44,301 nt of DNA from Thermoplasmata archaeon (GCA_037916495.1 JBAIXP010000058.1:1-44301); one strand, 5' to 3'. Shown: positions 8,101-18,579, counted from the first letter of the stretch. Numbers and translations are program-made. Notes: generated from the letters alone by a model not told the origin.

Positions 8101-10941
8101 ATGGCCCCCGACCTTGACGCGATCCGGGTCCGCGGCGCGCGCCAGCACAACCTGAAGAACATCTCCGTCGACATCCCCCGGGGCAAGTTCGTCGTCGTCA
8201 CCGGGGTGAGCGGGTCGGGCAAATCGTCGCTCGCCTTCGACACGCTCTACGCCGAGGGCCAGCGGCGCTACATCGAGAGCCTCTCGGCCTACGCGCGCCA
8301 GTTCCTCGGCCAGATGGACAAGCCCGAGGTCGACTCGATCGAGGGGCTGTCGCCGGCGATCGCGATCGAGCAGCGCGCGGGAAGCCGCAACCCCCGCTCG
8401 ACGGTCGGCACGGTGACGGAGATCTACGACTACCTTCGCCTGCTTTTCGCCCGAATCGGGATCCCCCACTGCCCGAACGACGGCGAGGAGATCGCCCCGC
8501 AGTCGATCGACCGGATCGTCGAGGCGGTCAGCCGGTCCGCGCGCGGCGAGAAGGTCGACCTCCTCGCGACGGTCGTGCGCGGGACGAAGGGGGAGCACCG
8601 CGACCTCCTCGACAAGCTCCGCGGCGAAGGGTACCGCCGGTTCGTCATCGACGGCGTCGAGGTCCGCCTTCCGGGCCCTGAGATCCGGCTCGAGAAGAAC
8701 AAGAAGCACACGATCGAGGTGATCGTCGACACGCTCGAGGTCGGTCCCGACGAGGAGAGCCGGCTCTCCGAGTCGGTCGCGCTCGCGCGCGAGCTCGGCG
8801 ACGGCGTCCTGGTCGTCCGCGGACCGGGCGGGGCCCGCTCGACCTTCTCGAGCCGACGGGCCTGCCCGAAGTGCGGCTTCTCGATCGAGGAGCTCACGCC
8901 CCGGATGTTCTCGTTCAACAATCCGATCGGCGCCTGCCCCGAGTGCCTCGGCATCGGCGCGACGCTCCACGGCGACCCCGAGCGGATCGTGCCGGACAAG
9001 GAGAAGCCGCTCGGCCGCGCGATCTCCGTCTGGGGGCTCACCCCCGCCTCCGACTCGCTCGCCCGGTTCGCGCGCGAGTTCGGCTACGAGATGCGCCGGC
9101 CCGTCCGCGAGCTCTCCGAGAAGGGGTGGAAGGCGCTCATGTACGGCTCGGAGAAGGCTTCGGTCCCAAGCTCGCGGGGACCCGAGCACTGGTGGGTCGG
9201 CGGCTGGCGGCGCGAGGGCCTGGTCGCGGCCGTCGAGCGCCGCTGGCGCACCACGAAGAGCGAGGGCGCGAAGGAGTACTACCTCGGCTTCCTCTCCTTC
9301 GTCGCCTGCCGCTCCTGCGGCGGGCGCCGGCTCAAGCCGGCGAGCCTCGCGGTCCGCGTCGAGGGCCGGTCGATCGCCGAGATCTCCTCGATGACGGTGA
9401 GCGACGCGATCGAGCTCTTCCGCGGGCTCGAGCTCGCCGAGCGCGACCGGAAGATCGTCGGACCCGTCGTGAAGGAGATCCGGGCGCGGCTCGCCTTCCT
9501 CGAGAGCGTCGGGCTCACCTACCTCTCGCTCGACCGCGCGTCGGGCACCTTATCGGGCGGCGAGGCGGAGCGGATCGCCCTCGCCACCCAGATCGGCTCG
9601 GGGCTCGTCGGCGTCCTCTACATCCTCGACGAGCCCTCGATCGGCCTCCATCCGCGCGACCACGCGCGGCTCCTGACGACGCTCAAGACGCTTCGGGACC
9701 TCGGCAACACCCTCCTCGTCGTCGAGCACGACGAGATGACGATGCGCGAGTCCGACTGGCTGCTCGACCTCGGTCCCGGCGCGGGGGTCCACGGCGGCGA
9801 GCTCCTCTACGCGGGCCCGCCCGCGAAGATCGACCGCACCCCGAGGTCGCTCACCGCGGAGTTCCTCTCGGGGCGCCGCACGATCCCCACGCCCGAGACC
9901 CGGGCGCGCCCCACGGGGCGGTGGCTCACCATCCACGGGCCGCGCGAGAACAACCTGAAGGCCGAGGACATCCGCCTTCCGCTCGGACTCCTGGTCGCGC
10001 TCTCGGGGGTCTCGGGGAGCGGGAAGTCGACCGTCCTCGAGGAGATCCTCTACAAGGCGGTCCGTCGCCACCTGGGGCTCGGCCGGGATAAGCCCGGGAA
10101 GCACGACTTCATCGAGGGGATCGACGCGATCGACCGGGTCCTGTTCATCGACCAGTCGCCGATCGGCCGCACCCCGCGGTCGAACCCGGCGACGTACACG
10201 GGCGTGATGACCCCGGTGCGCGAGCTCTTCTCGACCCTCCCCGAGGCCAAGGAGCGGGGCTTCGCCCCCGGGCGGTTCAGCTTCAACGTCGCGGGCGGGC
10301 GGTGCGAGGCGTGCGAGGGGGACGGGGTCCTGCGCTACGAGATGCACTTCCTCCCCGACGTCTACGTCGTCTGCGAGGAGTGCCACGGCAAGCGGTTCAA
10401 CGCCGAGACCCTCGAGGTGAGGTTCAAGGGGAAGACGATCGCCGACGTGCTCGACATGACGGTCGACGAGGGGCGCGAGTTCTTCTCGAACCACCGTCGG
10501 ATCGCAAGCCGTCTCCAGCTCCTCAGCGACGTGGGGCTCGGCTACGTGAAGCTCGGGCAGAGCGCGACGACGCTCTCGGGCGGCGAGGCGCAGCGGATCA
10601 AGATCGCCTTCGAGCTCGCGAAGCCCCCGACCGGCCGGACGCTCTACCTCCTCGACGAACCCACGACGGGCCTCCACTTCGCCGACGTCGAGCGGCTTCT
10701 GCAGGTCCTGTTGCGCCTCCGCTCGGGGGGCAACACCGTCGTGGTGATCGAGCACCACCTCGACGTGCTGAAGAGCGCCGACTGGCTCATCGACCTCGGT
10801 CCCGAGGGCGGGCCAGAAGGCGGGCACGTCGTCGCGGCCGGCACGCCCGAGGAAGTGGCCCGCGAGGGCCGCTCGCACACCGGCCGGTTCCTCCGCCCGT
10901 CCCTCGCCCCGCCGCCCGCCGCGCCCCGTTCCCGCGCATGA
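8101..10941 (+). CDS. uvrA: Excinuclease ABC subunit A
   Basis: [10 protein letters not shown], two Walker A motifs ([18 protein letters not shown]), LSGGE signatures, zinc fingers; UvrB-binding insertion present. In-frame GTG at 8089 overlaps the upstream stop. Confidence 0.98.
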   Translation: MAPDLDAIRVRGARQHNLKNISVDIPRGKFVVVTGVSGSGKSSLAFDTLYAEGQRRYIESLSAYARQFLGQMDKPEVDSIEGLSPAIAIEQRAGSRNPRSTVGTVTEIYDYLRLLFARIGIPHCPNDGEEIAPQSIDRIVEAVSRSARGEKVDLLATVVRGTKGEHRDLLDKLRGEGYRRFVIDGVEVRLPGPEIRLEKNKKHTIEVIVDTLEVGPDEESRLSESVALARELGDGVLVVRGPGGARSTFSSRRACPKCGFSIEELTPRMFSFNNPIGACPECLGIGATLHGDPERIVPDKEKPLGRAISVWGLTPASDSLARFAREFGYEMRRPVRELSEKGWKALMYGSEKASVPSSRGPEHWWVGGWRREGLVAAVERRWRTTKSEGAKEYYLGFLSFVACRSCGGRRLKPASLAVRVEGRSIAEISSMTVSDAIELFRGLELAERDRKIVGPVVKEIRARLAFLESVGLTYLSLDRASGTLSGGEAERIALATQIGSGLVGVLYILDEPSIGLHPRDHARLLTTLKTLRDLGNTLLVVEHDEMTMRESDWLLDLGPGAGVHGGELLYAGPPAKIDRTPRSLTAEFLSGRRTIPTPETRARPTGRWLTIHGPRENNLKAEDIRLPLGLLVALSGVSGSGKSTVLEEILYKAVRRHLGLGRDKPGKHDFIEGIDAIDRVLFIDQSPIGRTPRSNPATYTGVMTPVRELFSTLPEAKERGFAPGRFSFNVAGGRCEACEGDGVLRYEMHFLPDVYVVCEECHGKRFNAETLEVRFKGKTIADVLDMTVDEGREFFSNHRRIASRLQLLSDVGLGYVKLGQSATTLSGGEAQRIKIAFELAKPPTGRTLYLLDEPTTGLHFADVERLLQVLLRLRSGGNTVVVIEHHLDVLKSADWLIDLGPEGGPEGGHVVAAGTPEEVAREGRSHTGRFLRPSLAPPPAAPRSRA

Positions 10942-12677
10942 CGGAGCGGCCCGCCTCGGACGGTCCGGGGTTCGTCCGGGCGAGCGAGCTCGCCGCCCGG
11001 ACGGAGGAGGGGTTCCGTCCCGGCCCGAGCACGCCCGGCGTCTACCTCTTCCGCTCCGCGTCGGGCGAGGTCGTCTACGTCGGGAAGGCCCGCAACCTGC
11101 GGCGACGGGTGCTCGACCACCTGCGCGCGCGGATCGAGAAGGACGGGACGATCCTTGCCAAGAGCGCGAGCGTCGAGTTCGTCCCGACCTCGGGGGAGCG
11201 CGAGGCGCTCCTCCTCGAGGCGAGCCTGGTGCGCCAGTACCAGCCCGCCTACAACGCCCTCCTCAAGGACGACCGCAGCTTTCCGTACCTGGCGGTCACG
11301 CTCGACGAGGAGTTCCCGAGGATCCTTTTGGTCCGCCGTCCCCGACGGCGCAAGGGGCTCGTCCTGTTCGGCCCGTACACGAGCGCCCGGGAGGCGCGCG
11401 GGGTCGAGCGGCTCCTGGGCGACCTCTACCGCCTGCGGAGGTGCGTCCGCCTCCCGAAGGAGGCCTGCCTGTACTACCACCTCGGCGTCTGCAGCGCCCC
11501 GTGCATCGGCAAGATCGGCCCCGCGGAGTACCGCGCCCAGATCGACCGGGCGACGGCGGTCCTCCGGGGGGAGACCGCCGGGCTGCGCGCGAACGTCGAG
11601 GCGGAGATGCGCGCCGCGGCGCGGCGCGAGGAGTTCGAGCGGGCCGGCCTCCTGCGCGACGCCCTCGGGGGCCTCGGTGCCCTGCGTGACCGCCAGTCCG
11701 TCGTCGGCCGCGGGAGCGGCCGGGCGGACGTCCTCGCGCTGGCCTACCCGAACGACCCGTCGACGCTGAGGGTGGCGGTCGGCCTCTTGCGCGTCGAGGA
11801 CGGGGAGGTGAGGGCGACGGAGCCGCACCTCCTCCAGGTCCCGGCGGACGACGTGCCGGACCCGGGCGAGCTCTGGCGGCAGTTCCTCACCCAGTTCTAC
11901 GGCGGCAAGCTCGAGCTTCCCGAGCGGATCTACGTCAACGGGGCCCGGCCCGCCGGGCTCGACGCGACGATCGACGAGCTGTTCGGCGAGCGGGGCGTCG
12001 AGGTCCAGTTCCGCCCCACGGGACGGTACGCCGCCCTCGCGCGGCTCGCCGAGCGCCTCGCGCGGGCGACGGTCGACCAGGTCGTCGCCCGCCCGGCCCC
12101 GCGCGAGGTCCTCCTCGCGCTCCAGAGCCTGCTCGACCTCCCGACGATCCCGACGCACATCGAGGGGACCGACATCTCCCTCTTCCAGGGGTCGGAGGCG
12201 GTCGGCTCGCTCGTGGTCTTCGAGCGAGGCGCGCCGGACCGCTCGGAGTACCGACGCTACAAGATCCGCTCCGTGCCGGGCACGAACGACTTCGCGATGA
12301 TCGCGGAGGTCGTCCGGCGGCGCTACTTGCGGCGCCTTGCCGAGAGCGAGCGGCTCCCCGACCTTCTGGTCGTCGACGGCGGCGCGGGCCAGCTCTCCTC
12401 GGCGGTCTCCTCGCTCGCGGCGCTCGGGCTCGCCGACCGGATCCCCGCCATCGGGCTTGCGAAGCGGGAGGAGGAGGTCTACCTACCGGACCGGCGGGAC
12501 CCGATCCACCCGAACCCGAACTCGCCGCCGATGCTTCTTTTGCGCGCGGTGCGCGACGAGGCCCACCGGTTCGCGGTGACCTACCATCGGACGCGCCGAC
12601 GTATGCGCCTGCGCGACGAGTTCGACGCGGCGTCCGAGCGGCCCGGGCGCCGGTCCGTGGGGCGCGGTCCGGCCTAG
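10938..12677 (+). CDS. uvrC: Excinuclease ABC subunit C (no C-terminal HhH domain)
   Basis: GIY-YIG domain (PGVYLF...YVGKARNLRRRV), Cys cluster, UVR motif EEFERAGLLRD, RNase H-like PDLLVVDGGAGQL and RDEAHRFA. ATGA overlap with uvrA. Confidence 0.95.
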   Translation: MTERPASDGPGFVRASELAARTEEGFRPGPSTPGVYLFRSASGEVVYVGKARNLRRRVLDHLRARIEKDGTILAKSASVEFVPTSGEREALLLEASLVRQYQPAYNALLKDDRSFPYLAVTLDEEFPRILLVRRPRRRKGLVLFGPYTSAREARGVERLLGDLYRLRRCVRLPKEACLYYHLGVCSAPCIGKIGPAEYRAQIDRATAVLRGETAGLRANVEAEMRAAARREEFERAGLLRDALGGLGALRDRQSVVGRGSGRADVLALAYPNDPSTLRVAVGLLRVEDGEVRATEPHLLQVPADDVPDPGELWRQFLTQFYGGKLELPERIYVNGARPAGLDATIDELFGERGVEVQFRPTGRYAALARLAERLARATVDQVVARPAPREVLLALQSLLDLPTIPTHIEGTDISLFQGSEAVGSLVVFERGAPDRSEYRRYKIRSVPGTNDFAMIAEVVRRRYLRRLAESERLPDLLVVDGGAGQLSSAVSSLAALGLADRIPAIGLAKREEEVYLPDRRDPIHPNPNSPPMLLLRAVRDEAHRFAVTYHRTRRRMRLRDEFDAASERPGRRSVGRGPA

Positions 12678-13210
12678 CGGGGGAGGGCGCCGGTGGCCCG
12701 GCGGACGTCGATCCAGGTCATCTCGGGCGGCTCTCGGTCGTCCTGCCAGAACGCGCCGATCATCTCGCCGAGGTGGTGCGCCTGCTCGAGCGTCGTCTGG
12801 AAGATCGCGTCCCGGACGGTGTAGCGGCCGGGCATCCACGGGGCGGCGACCCGGCGGCCGAGGGCGCGGGCGTTGAGCGTCCGCACGGTCGCGTCGACCC
12901 CGTCCCAGACCCGACGGGCGTACGCACGGAGCCCCGCCCGGTCCTTCGGGTGGCGGCTCGGGTCCGCGAAGAGGCGCTCGAGCTCGTCCCCGCGGCCCCG
13001 GACGAGGTAGACCATCCAGACCTCGTGGACGTTGAGGATGTGGACGAGGGTGTTGAAGAGGCTCTCGTGACCGATCCCGCGTCGGCGCGTCGCGGCGGTG
13101 CCGGAAAGGCGGGTGACGCGGCGGAGGTAGCGCTCGAAGACCGCGCGGTTGTACCGTTCGATCGCTCGGGCGTCGGACGGCCCGAAGCTAAGCGGGCTCG
13201 CGCGGGCCAT
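12674..13210 (-). CDS. DinB/YfiT family protein
   Basis: SLFNTLVHILNVHEVW and EQAHHLGEM His motifs. Shares CTAG stop overlap with the convergent uvrC. Confidence 0.82.
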   Translation of the reverse strand: MARASPLSFGPSDARAIERYNRAVFERYLRRVTRLSGTAATRRRGIGHESLFNTLVHILNVHEVWMVYLVRGRGDELERLFADPSRHPKDRAGLRAYARRVWDGVDATVRTLNARALGRRVAAPWMPGRYTVRDAIFQTTLEQAHHLGEMIGAFWQDDREPPEMTWIDVRRATGALPR

Positions 13211-13233
13211 CGTCCGCCCGCCCTGAACCCGTC

Positions 13234-13986
13234 CTAGCGGGAGGACGGCTTGCGCTCGGGGGCGCCGATGAACGGCAGGCCCTGGACCCGGCGGGCGATC
13301 TCGGGCGTGGAGAGGCGGCGCAGCTCGGCGTCCGGCTCGAGGATCGCGGCGTCCAGCGACTCGGGCTGGAACGGCGTCGGGGAGCCCTCGGCGACGGCCT
13401 GGACGGCGAGCTTGAACGCGGCCTCCTCGTTCGGCCGCTCGGGGAGCTTCTCCTCGAGGAAGTCGGCGACCGCCCGGCGGTTGCGCCCGATCGCGTAGGC
13501 CTTCCAGCCGATCGTCGCACCGCTCGGGTCGAGCTCGACCAAGCCCGGCGTCCGGCCCTGGAACCCCCCGAGCAGGAGGGAGACGGCGAACGGCCGGGTC
13601 CCGCCGAACTGGGTGTACTGCTGAAGGAGCGTCCCCAGCGAGTGGCCGAGGATCGTGTAGGGGATCGTCTCGCCGTAGGTGAGGCGGTGGCGCTGGGCCT
13701 CGACGCGGAGGAACTCGACCAGCACCCGCGAGTCGGCGATGAGCCCGGCCGTGACGCAGCCGAGTCCCGTGTCGACCGCGAAGCTCTTCTCGATCGAGCC
13801 GGCCTCGGCGAGGGAGCTCACCGGGAGGTTGCGGTAGGCGACGAAGACGATCCCGGTGTCGTAGGTGACGGCGACCGCCGTCCCTCCCATCTGGATCGCC
13901 TGGAGGGCGTACTCGACCTGGAAGAGCCGCCCGTCCGGCGAAAAGACGGTGCTCGCCCGGTCGTACGCCATCTGGCCCGGTTGCAT
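13234..13986 (-). CDS. psmA: Proteasome alpha subunit
   Basis: MQPGQMAYDRASTVFSPDGRLFQVEYA signature, GLIADSRVL, TQFGGTRPF, DPSG. Alternative start at 13992. Confidence 0.93.
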   Translation of the reverse strand: MQPGQMAYDRASTVFSPDGRLFQVEYALQAIQMGGTAVAVTYDTGIVFVAYRNLPVSSLAEAGSIEKSFAVDTGLGCVTAGLIADSRVLVEFLRVEAQRHRLTYGETIPYTILGHSLGTLLQQYTQFGGTRPFAVSLLLGGFQGRTPGLVELDPSGATIGWKAYAIGRNRRAVADFLEEKLPERPNEEAAFKLAVQAVAEGSPTPFQPESLDAAILEPDAELRRLSTPEIARRVQGLPFIGAPERKPSSR

Positions 13987-14171
13987 CTCCATGCGTGCTC
14001 TCTCCCGAGATCCGCCGGCCGAACCGGGTGGGGGATTTGAGTGTGCGCCTCGCGCTCGACCCCGCCCCACCTGGTGGCGCAGGGCCACCGCCCGGGGTCC
14101 GGCGGGGCCCGGGCCGCGCGGTCCGGGACAGGGGAAACGATTTGACCCGGCGGCCGGCCTTCCTCGTTCCC

Positions 14172-15311
14172 ATGGAGACGCGGGGGCTCGAGCTCTTGCC
14201 GATGGCCTCGAGCCATCGCGGCCCGCTTTCCGAGGCGTGCACCCAGTGTGCGGAGGGCCGCAAGCTCGTCCTGTTCGTCACGGGGCTCTGCCGGTTCCGC
14301 TGTTTCTACTGCCCCGTCTCGCCCACGCGCAACCAGCAGGACGTCATCTACGCGAACGAGCGGCGCGTGCTCTCTGACGCGGACGTGCTCGAGGAGGCCC
14401 GCTCGATCGGCGCCGCGGGGACCGGGATCACGGGCGGCGACCCGCTCGGCCAGGTCGACCGGGTCGAGCACTACGTCCGTCTCTTGAAGTCGGAGTTCGG
14501 CGCGGGCCACAACATCCACCTCTACACCCACGAGCCGAACCCGGAGAAGCTGCGCCGCCTCGCCGCCGCCGGCCTCGACGAGTTCCGCCTCCACATCCCC
14601 CACTACCTCTGGGGACCGCTCACAGGGGCCGGCGGGGCGTACCGCAAGGTCCTCGAGGAGGCGCCGCGCTGGGGGATCCGGCGGGGCGTGGAGATCCCCG
14701 TCCTCCCCGAGAAGGAGGCCGAGCTCCGCCGCCTCCTGGCGGCGCTCGACGAGATCGGGGTCGACTTCGTGAACCTCAACGAGCTCGAGTTCTCCGAGAC
14801 GAACGACACCTCCCTGCGCGCCCGGGGCTACCGCGACGACGAGGCGAACGGCTGGGGCGTCCTCGGGAGCCGGGCCGTCGCCGAGCGCGTCGTGCGCGAC
14901 CCCGGGGTGAGCGTCCCGGTCCACTACTGCTCGTCGCGGTTCAAGGACGGCGTCCAGCTCCGCCAGCGCCTGCTGCGCCGTGCCCAAAGGACCGCGCCCG
15001 GGTTTGCGGAGACGACCGAGGACGGGACGATCGTCCTCGGGGTCGTCGAGCCCGGCCGCGCGACCGAGCTGCGCCGCTGGGCCGCGCGGCTGGCCCGGCG
15101 CTCGCGCCTCAAGGTCGGCAGCTACCGGCTCGACCTGGCCCGGCGCCGCGTTGAGCTCGCGCCCGCCCGGCTCCGCCGGATCGCCGCCGCGTTGCCCTGG
15201 CCGGCGTTCGAGGTCGAGGAGTACCCGACCTCCGACGCGCTCGAGGTCGAGCGGGCCCCTCTCAACGACGCCGCAAGATCGGCGCTCGGGGTCGGCTCGG
15301 GCGGAACGTAG
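14172..15311 (+). CDS. Archaeal radical SAM protein (COG2108-like, related to PFL-activating enzymes)
   Basis: CTQCAEGRKLVLFVTGLCRFRCFYCPVS (CxxxCxxC), GITGGDPL, NLNELEFSETN, VHYCSSRFKD. Confidence 0.88.
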   Translation: METRGLELLPMASSHRGPLSEACTQCAEGRKLVLFVTGLCRFRCFYCPVSPTRNQQDVIYANERRVLSDADVLEEARSIGAAGTGITGGDPLGQVDRVEHYVRLLKSEFGAGHNIHLYTHEPNPEKLRRLAAAGLDEFRLHIPHYLWGPLTGAGGAYRKVLEEAPRWGIRRGVEIPVLPEKEAELRRLLAALDEIGVDFVNLNELEFSETNDTSLRARGYRDDEANGWGVLGSRAVAERVVRDPGVSVPVHYCSSRFKDGVQLRQRLLRRAQRTAPGFAETTEDGTIVLGVVEPGRATELRRWAARLARRSRLKVGSYRLDLARRRVELAPARLRRIAAALPWPAFEVEEYPTSDALEVERAPLNDAARSALGVGSGGT

Positions 15312-15490
15312 CCTTCGTCGCAGTCGTGGCCCCCGAACGTGATGTAGCGGATGTCTCCGCGCCGGTGCTTGATCGAGCACGGACCCCAGCCGTCGTCCTC
15401 CGCACCGTACCACATCGGGCAGTCGCGGCAGACGAGCCCCGGTAGACCGGGGGGCTGGGCCGAGGCGCGCTTACGGCGGCCGTCGCTCAC
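15122..15490 (-). CDS. Hypothetical Cys-rich small protein (C-x2-C-x13-C-x18-C), coupled to folD
   Basis: GTG start overlaps the folD TGA (GTGA). Core CRDCPMWYGAEDDGWGPCSIKHRRGDIRYITFGGHDCDEGY; the tail overlaps the radical SAM gene antisense. Confidence 0.6.
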   Translation of the reverse strand: MSDGRRKRASAQPPGLPGLVCRDCPMWYGAEDDGWGPCSIKHRRGDIRYITFGGHDCDEGYVPPEPTPSADLAASLRGARSTSSASEVGYSSTSNAGQGNAAAIRRSRAGASSTRRRARSSR

Positions 15491-16380
15491 GGGGGTACGG
15501 CCCCCCGGGTCTGGAGCGTCCAGGCGCGCACGGTCGACGCCATCAGCTCGGCCACGGTGACCGGGCCGACGCCGCCCGGGATCGGCGTCAGCGAGGCCGC
15601 CCAGCCGTCGAGGGCCTTCGCGTCGGCGTCCCCGACCCCGACCATCTTCCCCGGCTCCTTCGGGTCCGGCACGCTCGAGAGGCCGACGTCGACGACGTGC
15701 GCCCCTTCGGGGACCATAGCGCGGTCGAGGAGGCCGGGGTGGCCCGCGCAGGAGAAGATCACCCGGGCGGGCCGAAGGGCCGAGGCGAGATCCCGCGTCT
15801 TCGAGTGGAGGACCGAGACGGAGGCGTTCGCCCCGGGCGGCCGGGAGGCGAGGAGGACCGCGAGGGGGAGACCGACCGTCCCGGACCGTCCGACGACCGC
15901 GACGTTCTCCCCGTCCAGGGGGAGGTGGTAGTGACGGGCGATCGCGAGCGCCGCTTGCGCGACCGCGGGGACGTGGAGCGGCCGCTGACCGACGAGCCGG
16001 CCCAGGTTCCTCGGGCCCACGCCATCGACGTCCTTCTCGGGGCTCAGCTCGTCGACGGCCCGGAGGAACTCGAACGGCGGGGGGAGGGGGTGCTCGACGA
16101 TCACCGCATGGACCGACGGGTCGCGGTCGAGGTGCCGGAGCCGTTCGGCGAGGTCGGCCGGTCCCGCCCCCGGGGGAAGTGCCTCGTCCCGGAAGGTGAT
16201 GCCGAGAGCGGCGGCGGCCTTCGCCTGGCGCTTTAGGTAGAACCGGAAGGGGCTCTCCACCCCGCGGTGGACGCTCACGAGACACGGCGGGGCGGTGCCG
16301 CCGGGTGCGGCGGCGATCGCCCCCCGGGACGCCCGGTCGATCTCCTCGGCGACCGGCCGTCCCTCGAGGCGAACCGTCAT
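15487..16380 (-). CDS. folD: Methylenetetrahydrofolate dehydrogenase (FolD family)
   Basis: PEKDVDG, VVGRSGTVGLPLA, VVDVG and TPIPGGVGPVT motifs. Confidence 0.93.
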   Translation of the reverse strand: MTVRLEGRPVAEEIDRASRGAIAAAPGGTAPPCLVSVHRGVESPFRFYLKRQAKAAAALGITFRDEALPPGAGPADLAERLRHLDRDPSVHAVIVEHPLPPPFEFLRAVDELSPEKDVDGVGPRNLGRLVGQRPLHVPAVAQAALAIARHYHLPLDGENVAVVGRSGTVGLPLAVLLASRPPGANASVSVLHSKTRDLASALRPARVIFSCAGHPGLLDRAMVPEGAHVVDVGLSSVPDPKEPGKMVGVGDADAKALDGWAASLTPIPGGVGPVTVAELMASTVRAWTLQTRGAVPP

Positions 16381-16495
16381 CTCCTCCCCCGCGGGCCCGG
16401 GAGGGCGCGGTGGTTATCAGGGGCGCGGACGCCGGGCTCCGACGACCCTCGAGCGGCGTCCGGGGGCCGTGGTCACCCGGCCGCGAGCTAGAGCA

Positions 16496-16501
16496 TTTAT
16501 A
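16496..16501 (+). promoter_or_regulatory. TATA box (TTTATA) for the lonB operon
   Basis: Consensus TATA in the divergent folD/lonB spacer. Confidence 0.65.
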
Positions 16502-16560
16502 GCCACTCCCGCTCTGTTTGCTTGGCGCAACTGCCTCCGTGCAACAGGGGGCGCGCCACC

Positions 16561-18579
16561 ATGGCAGAAGGCGCGGAAACACCGTCGGAAAAACCCGGGG
16601 AGTCCGCGTCGACGGCCGACCTCGACACCTGGGCGAAGTCCCTCACCTACCAGTCGACCTCGGACGTGGAGGTCCCCGCCCGTCTCCTCGATCAGGTCAT
16701 CGGGCAGGACGACGCCGTCGAGGTGGCGCGCAAGGCGGCGACCCAGAAGCGCCACATGATCCTCATCGGGGAGCCGGGGACGGGCAAGAGCATGCTCGCC
16801 CGGGCGATGGTCGACTTCCTCCCCCGCGAGCAGCTCCAGGACATCCTCGCCTACCCGAACGCGGAGGACGCGAACGAACCGAAGATCCGGGTCGTCCCGG
16901 GCGGCAAGGGCAAGGAGATCGTCGCCGCCCAGAAGGTCGAGGCGGCCCAGAAGAAGGAGTCCCGGACGTTCGTCTTCGTCGCGATCTCCCTCGCGATCTT
17001 CGCGGTCGTCCTCTACATCGTCTGGACGACCCACGACCTCACCGCGCTCCTCCTGGGCGTCCTCATCGTGGTGTTCATCTACGCGCTCGCCCGCTTCTCG
17101 GGCGGGCGGCCGGATTCCCAAAGCGGGGTCGCGAAGCTCCTGGTCTCCCACGCCGGCGACGAGAAGCCGCCGTTCGTGGACGCGACCGGCGCCCACGCCG
17201 GGGCGCTCCTCGGGGACGTGAAGCACGACCCGTTCCAGTCGGGCGGCCTCGAGACGCCCCCGCACGAGCGCGTCGAGGTCGGCGCGATCCACAAGGCGAA
17301 CGGCGGGGTGCTGTTCATCGACGAGATCAACCTCCTCAAGATCGAGAGCCAGCACTCGCTGCTCACCGCGCTTCAGGAGCGGAAGTTCCCGATCGTCGGC
17401 CAGTCGGAGCGCTCCGCCGGGGCGATGGTGAAGACCGAGCCGGTCCCGTCCGACTTCGTCCTGGTCGCGGCGGGGAACATCGATTCCGTCCAGGCGATGC
17501 ACCCGGCGCTGCGCTCGCGCATCCGCGGCTACGGCTACGAGCTCTACGTCAAGACGACGATGCCCGACACGATCGAGAACCGCCTCAAGATCGTCCGGTT
17601 CATCGCGCAGGAGGTCGCGAAGGACAAGAAGATCGGCCAGTTCGACCGCGGCGCGATCGTCGAGGTCGTCCGTGAGGCCCAGCGCCGCTCGGGCCGCTCG
17701 GGCCAGCTCACGCTGCGCCTCCGAGAGCTCGGGGGACTGGTCCGGGTCGCCGGCGACATCGCGCTTGCCGAGGGCTCCCCGATGGTCCACGCCGAGCACG
17801 TGGTGAAGGCGAAGCGCGCGAGCCGCTCGCTCGAGCAGCAGATCGCCGACCGCTACATCGAGCGCCGCAAGGAGTACCGCATGTTCACGACCGAGGGGGC
17901 CGCCGTCGGCACGGTGAACGGCCTCGCGGCCATCAACGCCCAGACGGGGATGGCGGAGTTCTCGGGGATCGTCCTTCCGATCGTCGCCGAGGTCACCCCC
18001 GCGCAGACCCGGGACGGTGGGGTCGTCGTCGCCACGGGCAAGCTCGGGGAGATCGCACGCGAGGCGGTCCAGAATGTCAGCGCGCTCATCAAGAAGTACA
18101 CGGGGGAGGACATCTCCCGCTACGACATCCACATCCAGTTCGTCGGCACGTCGGACGGGGTGGAGGGCGACAGTGCCTCCGTCTCGATCGCGACCGCCGT
18201 GATCAGCGCCCTCGAAGGGGTGCCGGTCGACCAGTCGGTCGCCATGACCGGCTCGCTCTCGGTCCGCGGCCAGGTCCTCCCCGTCGGAGGCGTCACGGCG
18301 AAGGTCGAGGCGGCCGCCGACTCGGGCATCCGCCGCGTCCTCGTCCCCGAGGACAACCTCGACGACCTCGTCCTCGAGTCCCGCTACCGCGGGGCGATCG
18401 AGGTGATCCCGGTGCGGACGCTCCGGGACGTTCTCAAGTACGCTCTCGTGGGCCAGGGCCCGCAGAAGGAGTCGCTCCTCGGCCGCCTCGCGGCGATGGT
18501 CCACGCCACGAGCCGTTCCGGGGAGGAGGTCCCGGCGGCTCCGCCCGCCTCCGCCCCCGGGCGCCCGGCTGGTTCGTGA
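16561..18579 (+). CDS. lonB: Archaeal membrane-anchored ATP-dependent protease LonB
   Basis: DQVIGQ, Walker A GEPGTGKS, two TM helices inside the AAA+ domain, LFIDEI, catalytic VEGDSAS and GGVTAK. Confidence 0.97.
   Translation: MAEGAETPSEKPGESASTADLDTWAKSLTYQSTSDVEVPARLLDQVIGQDDAVEVARKAATQKRHMILIGEPGTGKSMLARAMVDFLPREQLQDILAYPNAEDANEPKIRVVPGGKGKEIVAAQKVEAAQKKESRTFVFVAISLAIFAVVLYIVWTTHDLTALLLGVLIVVFIYALARFSGGRPDSQSGVAKLLVSHAGDEKPPFVDATGAHAGALLGDVKHDPFQSGGLETPPHERVEVGAIHKANGGVLFIDEINLLKIESQHSLLTALQERKFPIVGQSERSAGAMVKTEPVPSDFVLVAAGNIDSVQAMHPALRSRIRGYGYELYVKTTMPDTIENRLKIVRFIAQEVAKDKKIGQFDRGAIVEVVREAQRRSGRSGQLTLRLRELGGLVRVAGDIALAEGSPMVHAEHVVKAKRASRSLEQQIADRYIERRKEYRMFTTEGAAVGTVNGLAAINAQTGMAEFSGIVLPIVAEVTPAQTRDGGVVVATGKLGEIAREAVQNVSALIKKYTGEDISRYDIHIQFVGTSDGVEGDSASVSIATAVISALEGVPVDQSVAMTGSLSVRGQVLPVGGVTAKVEAAADSGIRRVLVPEDNLDDLVLESRYRGAIEVIPVRTLRDVLKYALVGQGPQKESLLGRLAAMVHATSRSGEEVPAAPPASAPGRPAGS

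Noticed and set aside
12675-12800. Stop read-through restoring the UvrC HhH domain
   Set aside because: The downstream frame is antisense dinB sequence with no GIG-type HhH motif.
14012-14105. G-U-rich three-way fold between psmA and the radical SAM gene as a separate ncRNA
   Set aside because: It overlaps the probable psmA promoter (CTCAAAT on the minus strand) and depends on many wobble pairs; counted only as part of the general hairpin-rich spacer pattern.
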